Shown: positions 1 through 8,160 of the stretch, one piece after another
How the letters are laid out: each line of letters begins with the position of its first letter
How positions within the stretch are numbered: the stretch's first letter is position 1
Source: Candidatus Lokiarchaeum ossiferum
GTDB taxonomy: Archaea; Asgardarchaeota; Lokiarchaeia; Sigyniarchaeales; Promethearchaeaceae
Assembly (NCBI GenBank): GCA_025839675.1
Contig: CP104013.1
Coordinates: forward strand, 510,001-542,000
DNA: 32,000 bases
Reading direction: 5' to 3'
Notes under the pieces: model-generated
Database searches by the model: none
What the model was told of the DNA's origin: nothing
The model's input: the letters and a program-made list of their open reading frames with translations, nothing else
Position numbers and translations under genes: made by a program

Positions 1-216
1 AAATGTCACCGAAATAGTGGTCGTTGTTTGGCGAGATTTCCCTTCCAGGCGAAAATCTTCGGTTTCTGGCTTTCGCCCAAAAAATACATCCAAAGCCTTC
101 ATTAAATTCGATTTGCCCGCATTGTTTTTACCCACAAAAACCATATAAGGATATAAATAAAAGGTATCGTCCTTGATAGATCGAAAATTTGTGATTCTAA
201 CTTTTTGCATCTTCAT
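1..216 (-). CDS. P-loop ATPase, OLD/AAA15-family-like; N-terminal fragment, gene continues past the left edge
   Basis: Absent from the ORF track because it has no stop inside the window. My reverse-strand translation from the ATG at 216-214 reads MKMQKVRITNFRSIKDDTFYLYPYMVFVGKNNAGKSNLMKALDVFFGRKPETEDFRLEGKSRQTTTTISVTF. The I.NFRSI strand plus Walker A GKNNAGKS (about nt 109-138) is the typical N-terminus of OLD/AAA15 ATPases (GajA/AriA/RloA-like). Same strand as the methyltransferase and 161 nt downstream of it. Confidence 0.6.
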   Translation of the reverse strand, partial: MKMQKVRITNFRSIKDDTFYLYPYMVFVGKNNAGKSNLMKALDVFFGRKPETEDFRLEGKSRQTTTTISVTF

Positions 217-377
217 TTTGATTCAAGATCTAGTTGATTAATTGGGACTATAAAGCTTCACTAGTTAGCATTTCCAATTTTGGCACATTTTTAGAAATTT
301 TGTCAAAATTAGAAGAAGAAAAGAAGGGATTTTGGTATTGAATATGTATCTACATGCACTAGACTCCCAAGAGAAGC

Positions 378-3341
378 TTAGAACCACTTGTCTTCAGTGA
401 TGGGATACATGGACCGCAAGGGATTAAATATCGGATGATCAAGAAAAGCAGTGATATTTTGGGTTAATGTAAGGTCCGTTTTACATTTGGAAAGAAAGGC
501 CAGAATACGAGACACCACGGATCCCGATTGTGTTGTAAAAGATAAGAGTTGTTGATCCTTTTTATCCGAGGCAACAAAATTCAAGTACATTTTCCACCAC
601 TCACGAAAATTAATTTTCGGGACACTTTCAAAGGAAAACGAAACAGTCGGAAACTGTGATTTGGTATATTCCCAATAGACCAACGGATAGATCAGCCGTT
701 GCTGCAGATATTTTCGCTCTTCATGATATTTTTCCCGATAGAGGGCAGTAGAACTTAAAATAATCAGATACTGACAAAAATGGGTTAATACCCCGCTATG
801 ATGAATTTGAGCCGGCATTGGAAGAAGTGAAATATAGGGATCATCGAGCACCCGTGAGGTTTCGGTGGTTTCACTAAACACCATCTTTTGGAGAAAGAAC
901 GAAGGTAGGGGAGAATTAAGGAGTGCCATCCATGCAAACAGATGATCTTCATATTCCTTTTTGGGGATAATATTGATCAATTTTTCGGTCGTGAGAAGGT
1001 CTCCCGATGAATCGAGAAAACAGACGAGTCGATTCCCCCGTAACACTTTGAAAATTAAGCGAGGCTGTGTTATTTTGTCGATCTTCCTTTTCAAGGAAAT
1101 TTTTTTGTTCTGCTGACTAGTTTTATCCCGAGTTTCATCGATTGACTTGAACTTCTCAAGGGTAGACGCCAGATCAATGAATTGCACCTTCGAAAGAGCA
1201 TATTTTTTCACATCGGGCACTTTATTTAACCAGAGTGTGTTTCCCGGTTGAAAGGCGGCTTTGATCTTATCAGGAATATACCAGCCCCGAAAGGCTTTTC
1301 CTTGATACATTGTGGTGAACGGAGAGGAATTTTCTGAGATCACCCGAAGCAACTGTTTTTCCCGATCGCTAAAGGGACGGAACAACACGAAATTCCCCTC
1401 TCGCATTAAGGCTTGGTTGCCAGTCCCGAGAAATTTAATCTGTTTGAAATTGGTGCGCTTCTTTAAGGGATACGCCGCGTAAATGTTCACATTATCTGTG
1501 ATTTCGGGAGTCTTTTGGGAAATGAAGGCGATTTGTTCCCCAATCACATCGGCAAAGCCCTGGCCCAAATCCAATAGGAGTTCGATCTTCGAGGCTAGAA
1601 GTAATTGTCTGACCTTGGCCCACGCGTTGTAAAATCCGATGCTTTTTGGCACCACATAACAAATGCGTCCCCCCAGTTTCACCATTTCTAAACTCCGTTG
1701 AATAAAAATGGCCGACGCTTCCCTCCCTTGGGCATAGTTTCGTGTCTTACAGATTTTTTTTTCAGCGAGGGAAAGAATGTTTCCATAGGGCGGATTTCCG
1801 ATCACCACATCAAAGCCGGCATTTTTTTGTGCTCCGGGTAAGAGATCGAGTAAGGTGTCGGTGATCGAATTTCCCTGCCGAAGATGATGGACCATGGAAG
1901 GCAAAAGATCCTGGAACTTTGGTGCCACCTTCATCTCTGCAACCAAGGACAAAGCGAACCGAAGCTTCACAATTTCAATCGCGTCTTGCTCAATATCCAC
2001 TCCGTATAAGGAGCCCATAATTATTTTGCGCTTAATCAGATATTGCCACTGCGAATTGGTGTTGAAAGCTTCGAAATCTTCAAGGCTAAAATCTAACCCG
2101 CTTTCCCAATTTGGATCGGAAGATACGATTGGAGCCAAAATGGAGGAAATTTCGTCGGTCTTCAGCAAAGGAAATAATGCATGGGACCAAATGGTTCGCA
2201 AAACTTCCAAACACGCCAGGAGAAAGGCCCCGGATCCGCAAGCATTATCCAGAAGGGTAAACGGATCCAAAATCGACAGAATCACCTTACAGCTCTCGAC
2301 CTCCGATTTTTTCTCAAGCACGGGAATTATCGACGGAATGTTTTGGTGGGTTCCCTGATTATAGGCATCGGTAATTTGCGGATAGAGCGTGTTCTCAGCC
2401 AAAAACATCGTAATGGCTTCGGGAGTATAAAAAGCGCCGGTTTCCTTTTGCCCCCTTCCAGTTTTTGAAAGCGAATTGAGCGTTTTTTCAAAAATCGAGC
2501 CAAGGATCGCAGGAGATAGAGTCAAATCGGCCCCAACCTCAACTGATTCCTTGGTATTCCAGCGATATTTTCCAAAAAAGGTTAAAAGATATACAATCAT
2601 ATCATTAGAAATTTGCAGGTTCGGGAATTGTTTCTCCTTGTGTGATTTACTCGTCCCAAACATGTCGTTTAAGAAATTTACATAAAAATTGTCACCCTTT
2701 TGGGACATTGCCTTAAGTTTATTTTCAAGGAAAAATAAATCTTCATTGAATAGTCCTTTTTTCTCTATAAAATATAGATAGATCATTTGATTCATCAAGC
2801 GAAGAGCATAGCGCTTCCGATCCAGTTCCGTGGGGATGCTTGAAAAGGATGTTGCTAGGACATTACATTTTTCAATGAATTGCTGATATATTCTTTGAAT
2901 TCCATCCTGATTAGCAAATAACCCTTCAAAGGTCTCTGGATGATCATAGGACAGAGCATTCATTTTTTTCACTAAATTATCGGAGAGATTTGCCTTCGTG
3001 AATTTCAACTTGTGATATTTTGGGGGGCCCAATTTAGGTGTTTTTTTTTTCACAAATTCAAAGCTTTCAAAATTATAGGAAGTTATGAACAAATAAAGGG
3101 TATTTTTTCCCAATTCTGAATAAAAATGGTCCGGCGTTTCACCTTTTTTTAAATAAATCACTACACATGACTCCTTTGAAGCCGAAGTCAAACCAATGTT
3201 GGCGAAATTCTTATCTTTAATGGTAATCTGAAGAAAACCAACTTTATTAAAGAGAGAGACAACATCCCTTAAGGAATGAAGTGCTTCTATATCTAGTTTA
3301 TTTATCGCCATCATCGGATCTTGTCCGTAAGCTCTGACCAT
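378..3341 (-). CDS. N6-adenine DNA methyltransferase, Eco57I/type IIG-like large single-chain enzyme (987 aa)
   Basis: SAM-binding motif I is DNACGSGAFL (about nt 2222-2251). Catalytic motif IV is DVVIGNPPYG (about nt 1784-1813). GAFYTPEAIT lies upstream of motif I, as in gamma-class amino-methyltransferases. About 270 aa N-terminal and about 400 aa C-terminal extensions are unassigned; the C-terminal part is a likely target-recognition region. Confidence 0.85.
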   Translation of the reverse strand: MVRAYGQDPMMAINKLDIEALHSLRDVVSLFNKVGFLQITIKDKNFANIGLTSASKESCVVIYLKKGETPDHFYSELGKNTLYLFITSYNFESFEFVKKKTPKLGPPKYHKLKFTKANLSDNLVKKMNALSYDHPETFEGLFANQDGIQRIYQQFIEKCNVLATSFSSIPTELDRKRYALRLMNQMIYLYFIEKKGLFNEDLFFLENKLKAMSQKGDNFYVNFLNDMFGTSKSHKEKQFPNLQISNDMIVYLLTFFGKYRWNTKESVEVGADLTLSPAILGSIFEKTLNSLSKTGRGQKETGAFYTPEAITMFLAENTLYPQITDAYNQGTHQNIPSIIPVLEKKSEVESCKVILSILDPFTLLDNACGSGAFLLACLEVLRTIWSHALFPLLKTDEISSILAPIVSSDPNWESGLDFSLEDFEAFNTNSQWQYLIKRKIIMGSLYGVDIEQDAIEIVKLRFALSLVAEMKVAPKFQDLLPSMVHHLRQGNSITDTLLDLLPGAQKNAGFDVVIGNPPYGNILSLAEKKICKTRNYAQGREASAIFIQRSLEMVKLGGRICYVVPKSIGFYNAWAKVRQLLLASKIELLLDLGQGFADVIGEQIAFISQKTPEITDNVNIYAAYPLKKRTNFKQIKFLGTGNQALMREGNFVLFRPFSDREKQLLRVISENSSPFTTMYQGKAFRGWYIPDKIKAAFQPGNTLWLNKVPDVKKYALSKVQFIDLASTLEKFKSIDETRDKTSQQNKKISLKRKIDKITQPRLIFKVLRGNRLVCFLDSSGDLLTTEKLINIIPKKEYEDHLFAWMALLNSPLPSFFLQKMVFSETTETSRVLDDPYISLLPMPAQIHHSGVLTHFCQYLIILSSTALYREKYHEERKYLQQRLIYPLVYWEYTKSQFPTVSFSFESVPKINFREWWKMYLNFVASDKKDQQLLSFTTQSGSVVSRILAFLSKCKTDLTLTQNITAFLDHPIFNPLRSMYPITEDKWF

Positions 3342-3400
3342 TTGTTAAAAGAATTTACTGCCCTAATCAGTCACGAATCAACCTCTGAACTTTTTAGAAA

Positions 3401-3829
3401 TTAATAATCAAGAATGTTGATATTCCAACAGTTAAAATGCGAAATATTGCGTGTGAGAATGGCATCTGCACAAAAATATTTTGCCGAAGCTCCAATGATT
3501 AAATCGACCAGGTCGATAGGATTTCCTGCCACGATTTGTGCGGCCCGTTTTTTTCCCGCTAGCACCATAATAGCTTCATTTAATTCAAAAATTTCAAAGT
3601 GGGATAAAACCTTTTGAAGAATCCCTTCTTTCTTGGTAAACACTTCATCCCCTAGTTTATTTTTAGTATAATAGAGCCCCGTATATAATTCGCTAATTGA
3701 TAATAGCGAAAGTCCAATTGTCTCATCCTTCATCTTCTTCTGGAGTGTTGTAACATTATGACGACTCCTCAGGAGGTCAATCACAAAAGTTGTATCGGCT
3801 AAGATCATTTGTTTACTCAATCCGTCCAA
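3401..3829 (-). CDS. vapC: PIN-domain ribonuclease toxin VapC
   Basis: The N-terminal MILADTTFVIDLL carries the first PIN Asp. SISELY, DLVDLIIGA and the C-terminal ILTRNISHF match the PIN acidic-residue pattern. It overlaps the upstream antitoxin ORF by 13 nt. An alternative start at Met8 (nt 3808) is possible. Confidence 0.8.
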   Translation of the reverse strand: MDGLSKQMILADTTFVIDLLRSRHNVTTLQKKMKDETIGLSLLSISELYTGLYYTKNKLGDEVFTKKEGILQKVLSHFEIFELNEAIMVLAGKKRAAQIVAGNPIDLVDLIIGASAKYFCADAILTRNISHFNCWNINILDY

Positions 3830-4059
3830 GATTCGATAATCAGATTAGATTTCTTTTTATCATGCTTCCGGGCTTTCTTGATACCCTCTTCAAAAGAGTC
3901 AAATGCGTCCCAATCTTCCCAAATTCCCATAAATTCGAAGACATTTTTGCGTTTCTCTAAGATACGCTCCAAGACCCCTGAAAAACTTTCATTAGGACGC
4001 ATTAAGCGTTTCAACTTTACATAAATTTCTTCAGTAATGGAGATATTTTTTGATGCCAT
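3817..4059 (-). CDS. vapB: VapB-type antitoxin (archaeal small antitoxin family)
   Basis: 80 aa. The N-terminus ISITEEIYVKLKRLMRPNESFSGVLERIL matches the archaeal VapB pattern I.I.dEvY..L...K..gESFSdvi.rL. It sits immediately upstream of, and overlaps, the PIN toxin gene. Confidence 0.7.
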   Translation of the reverse strand: MASKNISITEEIYVKLKRLMRPNESFSGVLERILEKRKNVFEFMGIWEDWDAFDSFEEGIKKARKHDKKKSNLIIESWTD

Positions 4060-4097
4060 ATACTCATATGAGTATAGAGAATTTTCTTATATAAATG
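4059..4097 (-). promoter_or_regulatory. vapBC promoter/operator: TATA-like box plus a perfect 18-bp palindrome abutting the start codon
   Basis: On the minus strand, TTTATATAA (plus-strand 4087-4095) is followed 10 nt later by the perfect palindrome TATACTCATATGAGTATA (4059-4076). The last base of the palindrome is the A of the vapB ATG. Confidence 0.5.
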
Positions 4098-4565
4098 TTC
4101 ATGAGAAAATAACTTAGAACCCCCATAACAGGAGTACCGTCTATAATGGTTCAATTTTGGGTAGAATTATGGTCGGGAAGTGTATTTTCTTTTCTTACTT
4201 CAGGATGGTAAACTTAAAATAAGATTTATTTTTGGCTTTCCCAAAGTATTTGGTTATATTGACACATTCCCTTCGAGAATTTTAAATTTGTATTAAGTAT
4301 CCAAGAGGTTATAGTGAAATTGGATGTTCTCCGAGAAGGATCAGTTAAGATTTCTTGATTTCACCACTTTCTCCTTCGAAAATAAGCTAAAAATTAAAAT
4401 TCTTGTGAAAAGTTGCAAATTGTTCTCATCCAAAGATCGAACCATCTCAAGAGGAAGGATTTGAGCCTCATAATTTAGATATCATTGTCTCGCAACGAAA
4501 GAATTGTTTAAAAAAACAAAGATTTATAGGAACATTTGATACCATTGAAATTAGATAGTTTCCGA

Positions 4566-5342
4566 ATGAGTTCACCCGAGTCAATATTTCTCATAGTATC
4601 GATCATTTTCTTAATTTTACAGATAATTACAGCGACATTCTTAATTTATAATGGAATTAGAAATAAAATGGGGAATGTAGTAGTTTTAGGATTAGCAGTA
4701 TTTCTGAGTTTCAGTTCTTCAATTCTCGTTTTTGGGTTAAAACTCACTTGGGTTCAGGTTGTCATCCCGCTAATGTTTGCCTTTATTTTAATGGTTCCGT
4801 TTACTCAAATGACATTTCACAGAAACACCAAGATAAATTATCACAAAATCTACGCAATTATCTTATTTCTTTTTGTGGGAAAAGTAGTTTTTGCCAATCT
4901 CGAATACAAAAATAGTTTCGTAATCCTGTTCTTTTCTCTCTTGTTTGAATCTCTGTTGATGTTTATTTGTTTTTATTGGACAGGCAAATCTTCGATGGAT
5001 GCCTATAATGCAATTAAAATTGATCCTCTTGAACATTGGATAAAGATTAGACTAAAATATATGGGAATTATATGCAAAATCTACGCTTTCGCTGGATTTC
5101 CCCAATTTTTAATACTTATCGACCAATCTCATTTTATTGTAGGACAAGAAAGCCCAATTTCGGTGATCTCATTTGTAATTGTGTTGGTTTTCAATGCAAT
5201 TTTCTTGATTGGGATGATCTTAATTTGGGTTATGCCAAAAAAATTTAAAAATTATTTAAATCGAAAATCCCCACTAAAAAGTCAAAGTGATGAAGAATTA
5301 TCTGAAGAAGAGATAGAACATCAATTCATGGAGCGTAAATAA
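4566..5342 (+). CDS. Integral membrane protein, about 7 predicted TM helices with an acidic C-terminal tail
   Basis: The ORF track starts at a TTG (4536). The first ATG is at 4566 (MSSPESIFLIV...). I count seven hydrophobic stretches of about 20 aa by eye. The C-terminus is SDEELSEEEIEHQF. No family recognised. Confidence 0.6.
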   Translation: MSSPESIFLIVSIIFLILQIITATFLIYNGIRNKMGNVVVLGLAVFLSFSSSILVFGLKLTWVQVVIPLMFAFILMVPFTQMTFHRNTKINYHKIYAIILFLFVGKVVFANLEYKNSFVILFFSLLFESLLMFICFYWTGKSSMDAYNAIKIDPLEHWIKIRLKYMGIICKIYAFAGFPQFLILIDQSHFIVGQESPISVISFVIVLVFNAIFLIGMILIWVMPKKFKNYLNRKSPLKSQSDEELSEEEIEHQFMERK

Positions 5343-5612
5343 ATGGACTTGATCAATTACTTTGGGAATATCCTCGCAATGGAAACGGAGAAAAACCCCA
5401 TTGTTTGCAAGGGTTTAATTCGGCTTGCCCTAAGAGATATTTACCCAACCCCTCCCCAGCAATTGACCTTTTTCCATCTTAAAAAAATTTTTGAAGAGAG
5501 CTTACAAAAGAGATTACAAAAAATGCACATTGACAACGCAAATGAAATCTCCAATTTCTTGGTGGATGAGCTAACTAAAAAACAATCAATTCTGACATTG
5601 GGATTTTTATAA
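5343..5612 (+). CDS. Hypothetical small protein (89 aa)
   Basis: Its ATG directly abuts the stop of the upstream gene (TAAATG). GGAG lies about 10 nt upstream. It sits between the membrane protein and the kinase on the same strand. No motif recognised. Confidence 0.5.
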   Translation: MDLINYFGNILAMETEKNPIVCKGLIRLALRDIYPTPPQQLTFFHLKKIFEESLQKRLQKMHIDNANEISNFLVDELTKKQSILTLGFL

Positions 5613-5629
5613 AAAGGATAAAAATTTAA

Positions 5630-7939
5630 ATGATTCCTATAATATCGACTGAGATCCTTGAGTTCTTGAAATTTCTGCCAGATCCTGCCTTTATTATTAA
5701 TAATGAAGGCATTGTAGCCGGGTGGAATGAACCCATGGAAAAAATAACAGGTATTTTGGAAGAGAACATTCTCGGAAAAGGAGATTATGAATATGCCCTT
5801 CCTTTTTATGGGAAACGAAGGCCAATGTTAATAGATCTGGTTTCAAAATCAGAGAAGGATATTAAACAGTATTTTTCTTTGGTGGATCACCATGGAACTT
5901 CGTTAATAGGAGAGAATTATCTCCCAAAATTTAACAACGGTTCCCATTTCGAGATAAAAGCCAAACTTCTGCACAATCAAAAGGGAGAAGTGATTGGAGC
6001 AATTGAAATTCTGAAGGATATCACCGAAAGTGTTCAAGCGGAAGTAATGTTGGCAGAAAATGAAGAGAAGTTTAGTGCTTTTTTCCATGATTCTATGGAT
6101 GCGATTTTAATAACTAACATTGAGGGAAAAATTACTGAGTGCAACCAAAAAGCAATAAAATTGCTCGGATTTTCTCGAGAAAACTTATATATGAAACCTT
6201 TTCATGAATTTTTCCACGCTACAAAGCAGCAAGTATCAACACAACAATTTTTCCAAATATTGGATGTAGACCATGTTCAATTTGAAACTCAACTAACAAA
6301 AAAAAATAAATCTGTAATCTATGTGGAGATCCAAGCCATAAAGTTTGAAGTTGGCCAAAAACAAATGATTCAATGCATAATCCGTGACATCACTGTAAGG
6401 AAACTCGCGGAAAATAATCTAATCAAAAGCCGAGAACAACTAGCAGTGACTCTACGAGTTATTGGAGATGGAGTTATTACAACAGATACAAATGGAAAGA
6501 TTGTATTAATTAATAAAGTTGCGGAGAATTTAACTGGTTGGACTCAAGAAGAGGCGATTGGAAAAGATATTATGACTGTTTTTAAAATCATAGACACCGT
6601 ATCTTTAGAACCTCGAGAAAATCCAATCAAAAGAGCCATTAAAAATGGGGGATTTGAAGAATATATTCGAAAAACATCTCTTATCTCCAAAACTGGTAAT
6701 TCTTATTCCATATCAGAAAGTGGAAAGTTGATCTTAGATAAACAAAATCAAATCCAAGGTATTGTTATAGTTTTTCATGATATCACCGAGAAACAGAAAA
6801 TGGAAGAAATTTTCTATAAAAATCAGAAAATTGAATCTATTGGAGTATTGGCGGGGGGAATTGCCCACGATTTTAACAACTTTCTTACTACAATTTTAGG
6901 AAATTTGACGATTGCACAAACGAGTGGTGGAGATAATTCTGATTTGCAAGAAATCCTTGAAGAAGCTGAAAAAGCATGTATTCGTGCCAGAGATTTAACA
7001 AAACAATTATTAACCTTCTCTAAAGGCGGAGCTCCGATCAAAGAAATAACAACTATTCAGGAATTAATTTTAGACACCACCAATTTCACACTTCGAGGAA
7101 CAAAATGTGCAAAAAAGATCACATTTCAGGATAATCTATGGTCTGTAGACATAGATAAAGGTCAAATATCCCAAGTTTTGAATAATATTCTAATTAATGC
7201 AGATCAAGCCATGCCCAATGGGGGAACTATCGTTTTAGATGTTAAAAATATTATATCCGCACCACACCAAAAACCATTTTTAGCAAAGAATCAAAAATTC
7301 TTGCATATAAGTATCAAAGATGATGGGATTGGGATTCCTAATGAAAACTTATCACGAATTTTTGACCCTTATTTTTCGACAAAAGAAACCGGAAATGGGT
7401 TAGGATTGGCAGTTTCCTACTCCATAATAAAAAATCACGGAGGGGCACTTATAGTTGAATCAGAAGTGGGAAAAGGGACTACGGTTTCTATTTATTTGCC
7501 TGCAGTTGAGAATATTAAGAAAACCGATTCCAATGTGCGATACCTTTCAACGCCAAAAGGTGGAAAAGTTTTAGTAATGGATGATGACCCTACAATTTTG
7601 GAAGTCTTAGAAAAAATGCTCATTCTCCTTGGATATCAACCAGTAAAGACTACCACCGGAGAAGAACTGTTAGAAGTTTTTATGACCTTTCAAAAACAAT
7701 CAGAGAATATTTCCGCTGTCATTTTGGATCTCACTATTGCTGGAGGTATGGGTGGAAAAGAAACTATGGAAAAACTTAGAGAGATCTCTCCCTCTGTTAA
7801 TGCGATCGTTTCGAGTGGATACTCCAACGATCCTATAATGGCGAACTATAGCGCTTTTGGTTTCAAGAATCTGTTGGTTAAACCCTTTACAATTAATGAA
7901 CTGAAAAATGCGCTTCTTTCATTGAATCAAGAAATATAA
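5630..7939 (+). CDS. Soluble hybrid sensor histidine kinase: multiple PAS domains, then HisKA, HATPase_c and a C-terminal receiver
   Basis: PAS-like repeats include FHDSMDAILITNIEGKI and VIGDGVITTDTNGKI. The H-box is GGIAHDFNNFLTTILG (His codon 6866-6868). The N-box is NNILINADQAM. G-boxes are DDGIGIP and GNGLGLAVSYSII. The receiver has VLVMDDD, AVILDLTIAGGMGG and LVKPF. No TM segment. Confidence 0.9.
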   Translation: MIPIISTEILEFLKFLPDPAFIINNEGIVAGWNEPMEKITGILEENILGKGDYEYALPFYGKRRPMLIDLVSKSEKDIKQYFSLVDHHGTSLIGENYLPKFNNGSHFEIKAKLLHNQKGEVIGAIEILKDITESVQAEVMLAENEEKFSAFFHDSMDAILITNIEGKITECNQKAIKLLGFSRENLYMKPFHEFFHATKQQVSTQQFFQILDVDHVQFETQLTKKNKSVIYVEIQAIKFEVGQKQMIQCIIRDITVRKLAENNLIKSREQLAVTLRVIGDGVITTDTNGKIVLINKVAENLTGWTQEEAIGKDIMTVFKIIDTVSLEPRENPIKRAIKNGGFEEYIRKTSLISKTGNSYSISESGKLILDKQNQIQGIVIVFHDITEKQKMEEIFYKNQKIESIGVLAGGIAHDFNNFLTTILGNLTIAQTSGGDNSDLQEILEEAEKACIRARDLTKQLLTFSKGGAPIKEITTIQELILDTTNFTLRGTKCAKKITFQDNLWSVDIDKGQISQVLNNILINADQAMPNGGTIVLDVKNIISAPHQKPFLAKNQKFLHISIKDDGIGIPNENLSRIFDPYFSTKETGNGLGLAVSYSIIKNHGGALIVESEVGKGTTVSIYLPAVENIKKTDSNVRYLSTPKGGKVLVMDDDPTILEVLEKMLILLGYQPVKTTTGEELLEVFMTFQKQSENISAVILDLTIAGGMGGKETMEKLREISPSVNAIVSSGYSNDPIMANYSAFGFKNLLVKPFTINELKNALLSLNQEI

Positions 7940-8128
7940 AGCCACAAAATCAACCAATCCAATTATCTTCCTGTAAATTCAAGAAGTTTTTAATTCACGA
8001 ATTGAAGTCATGAAATCATCCTATTCTAATTTTAAGCCAAGTGGGATGGATTTGGAATTCTTGAGATGGAAGTGTAAAATTAAGTACAAATTTTCCCAAA
8101 AAAAAACCCCGTTTGTTCTTGGTCTATT

Positions 8129-8140
8129 ACTATAAATATT
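8129..8140 (+). promoter_or_regulatory. TATA-like box upstream of the giant-protein operon
   Basis: ACTATAAATATT ends 20 nt before the ATG at 8161. That spacing fits an archaeal leaderless or short-leader transcript. Confidence 0.4.
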
Positions 8141-8160
8141 AACTTATCTGAACGGATGTT

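Noticed and set aside
378-1200. Calling the methyltransferase a BREX PglX or assigning a specific recognition type
   Set aside because: No other BREX genes (PglZ, BrxC, BrxL) are in the window, and the sequence alone does not discriminate PglX from type IIG or orphan Eco57I-family enzymes.
1894-2685. Plus-strand ORFs 1894-2358, 2181-2468 and 2476-2685
   Set aside because: They lie entirely antisense within the methyltransferase gene, whose motifs (NPPY, DNACGSGAF) establish the minus strand as coding. Their products are low-complexity and motif-free.
3414-4024. Plus-strand ORFs 3414-3617 and 3809-4024
   Set aside because: They are antisense to the recognisable vapC and vapB genes and have no motifs of their own.
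4430-4470. GATCGAACC (reverse complement GGTTCGATC) resembling a T-loop
   Set aside because: The flanking bases cannot form a T-stem, and no acceptor or anticodon structure is present.
5903-7041. Minus-strand ORFs 5903-6088 and 6823-7041
   Set aside because: They are nested antisense in the histidine kinase gene, which is strongly supported by the H, N and G boxes.
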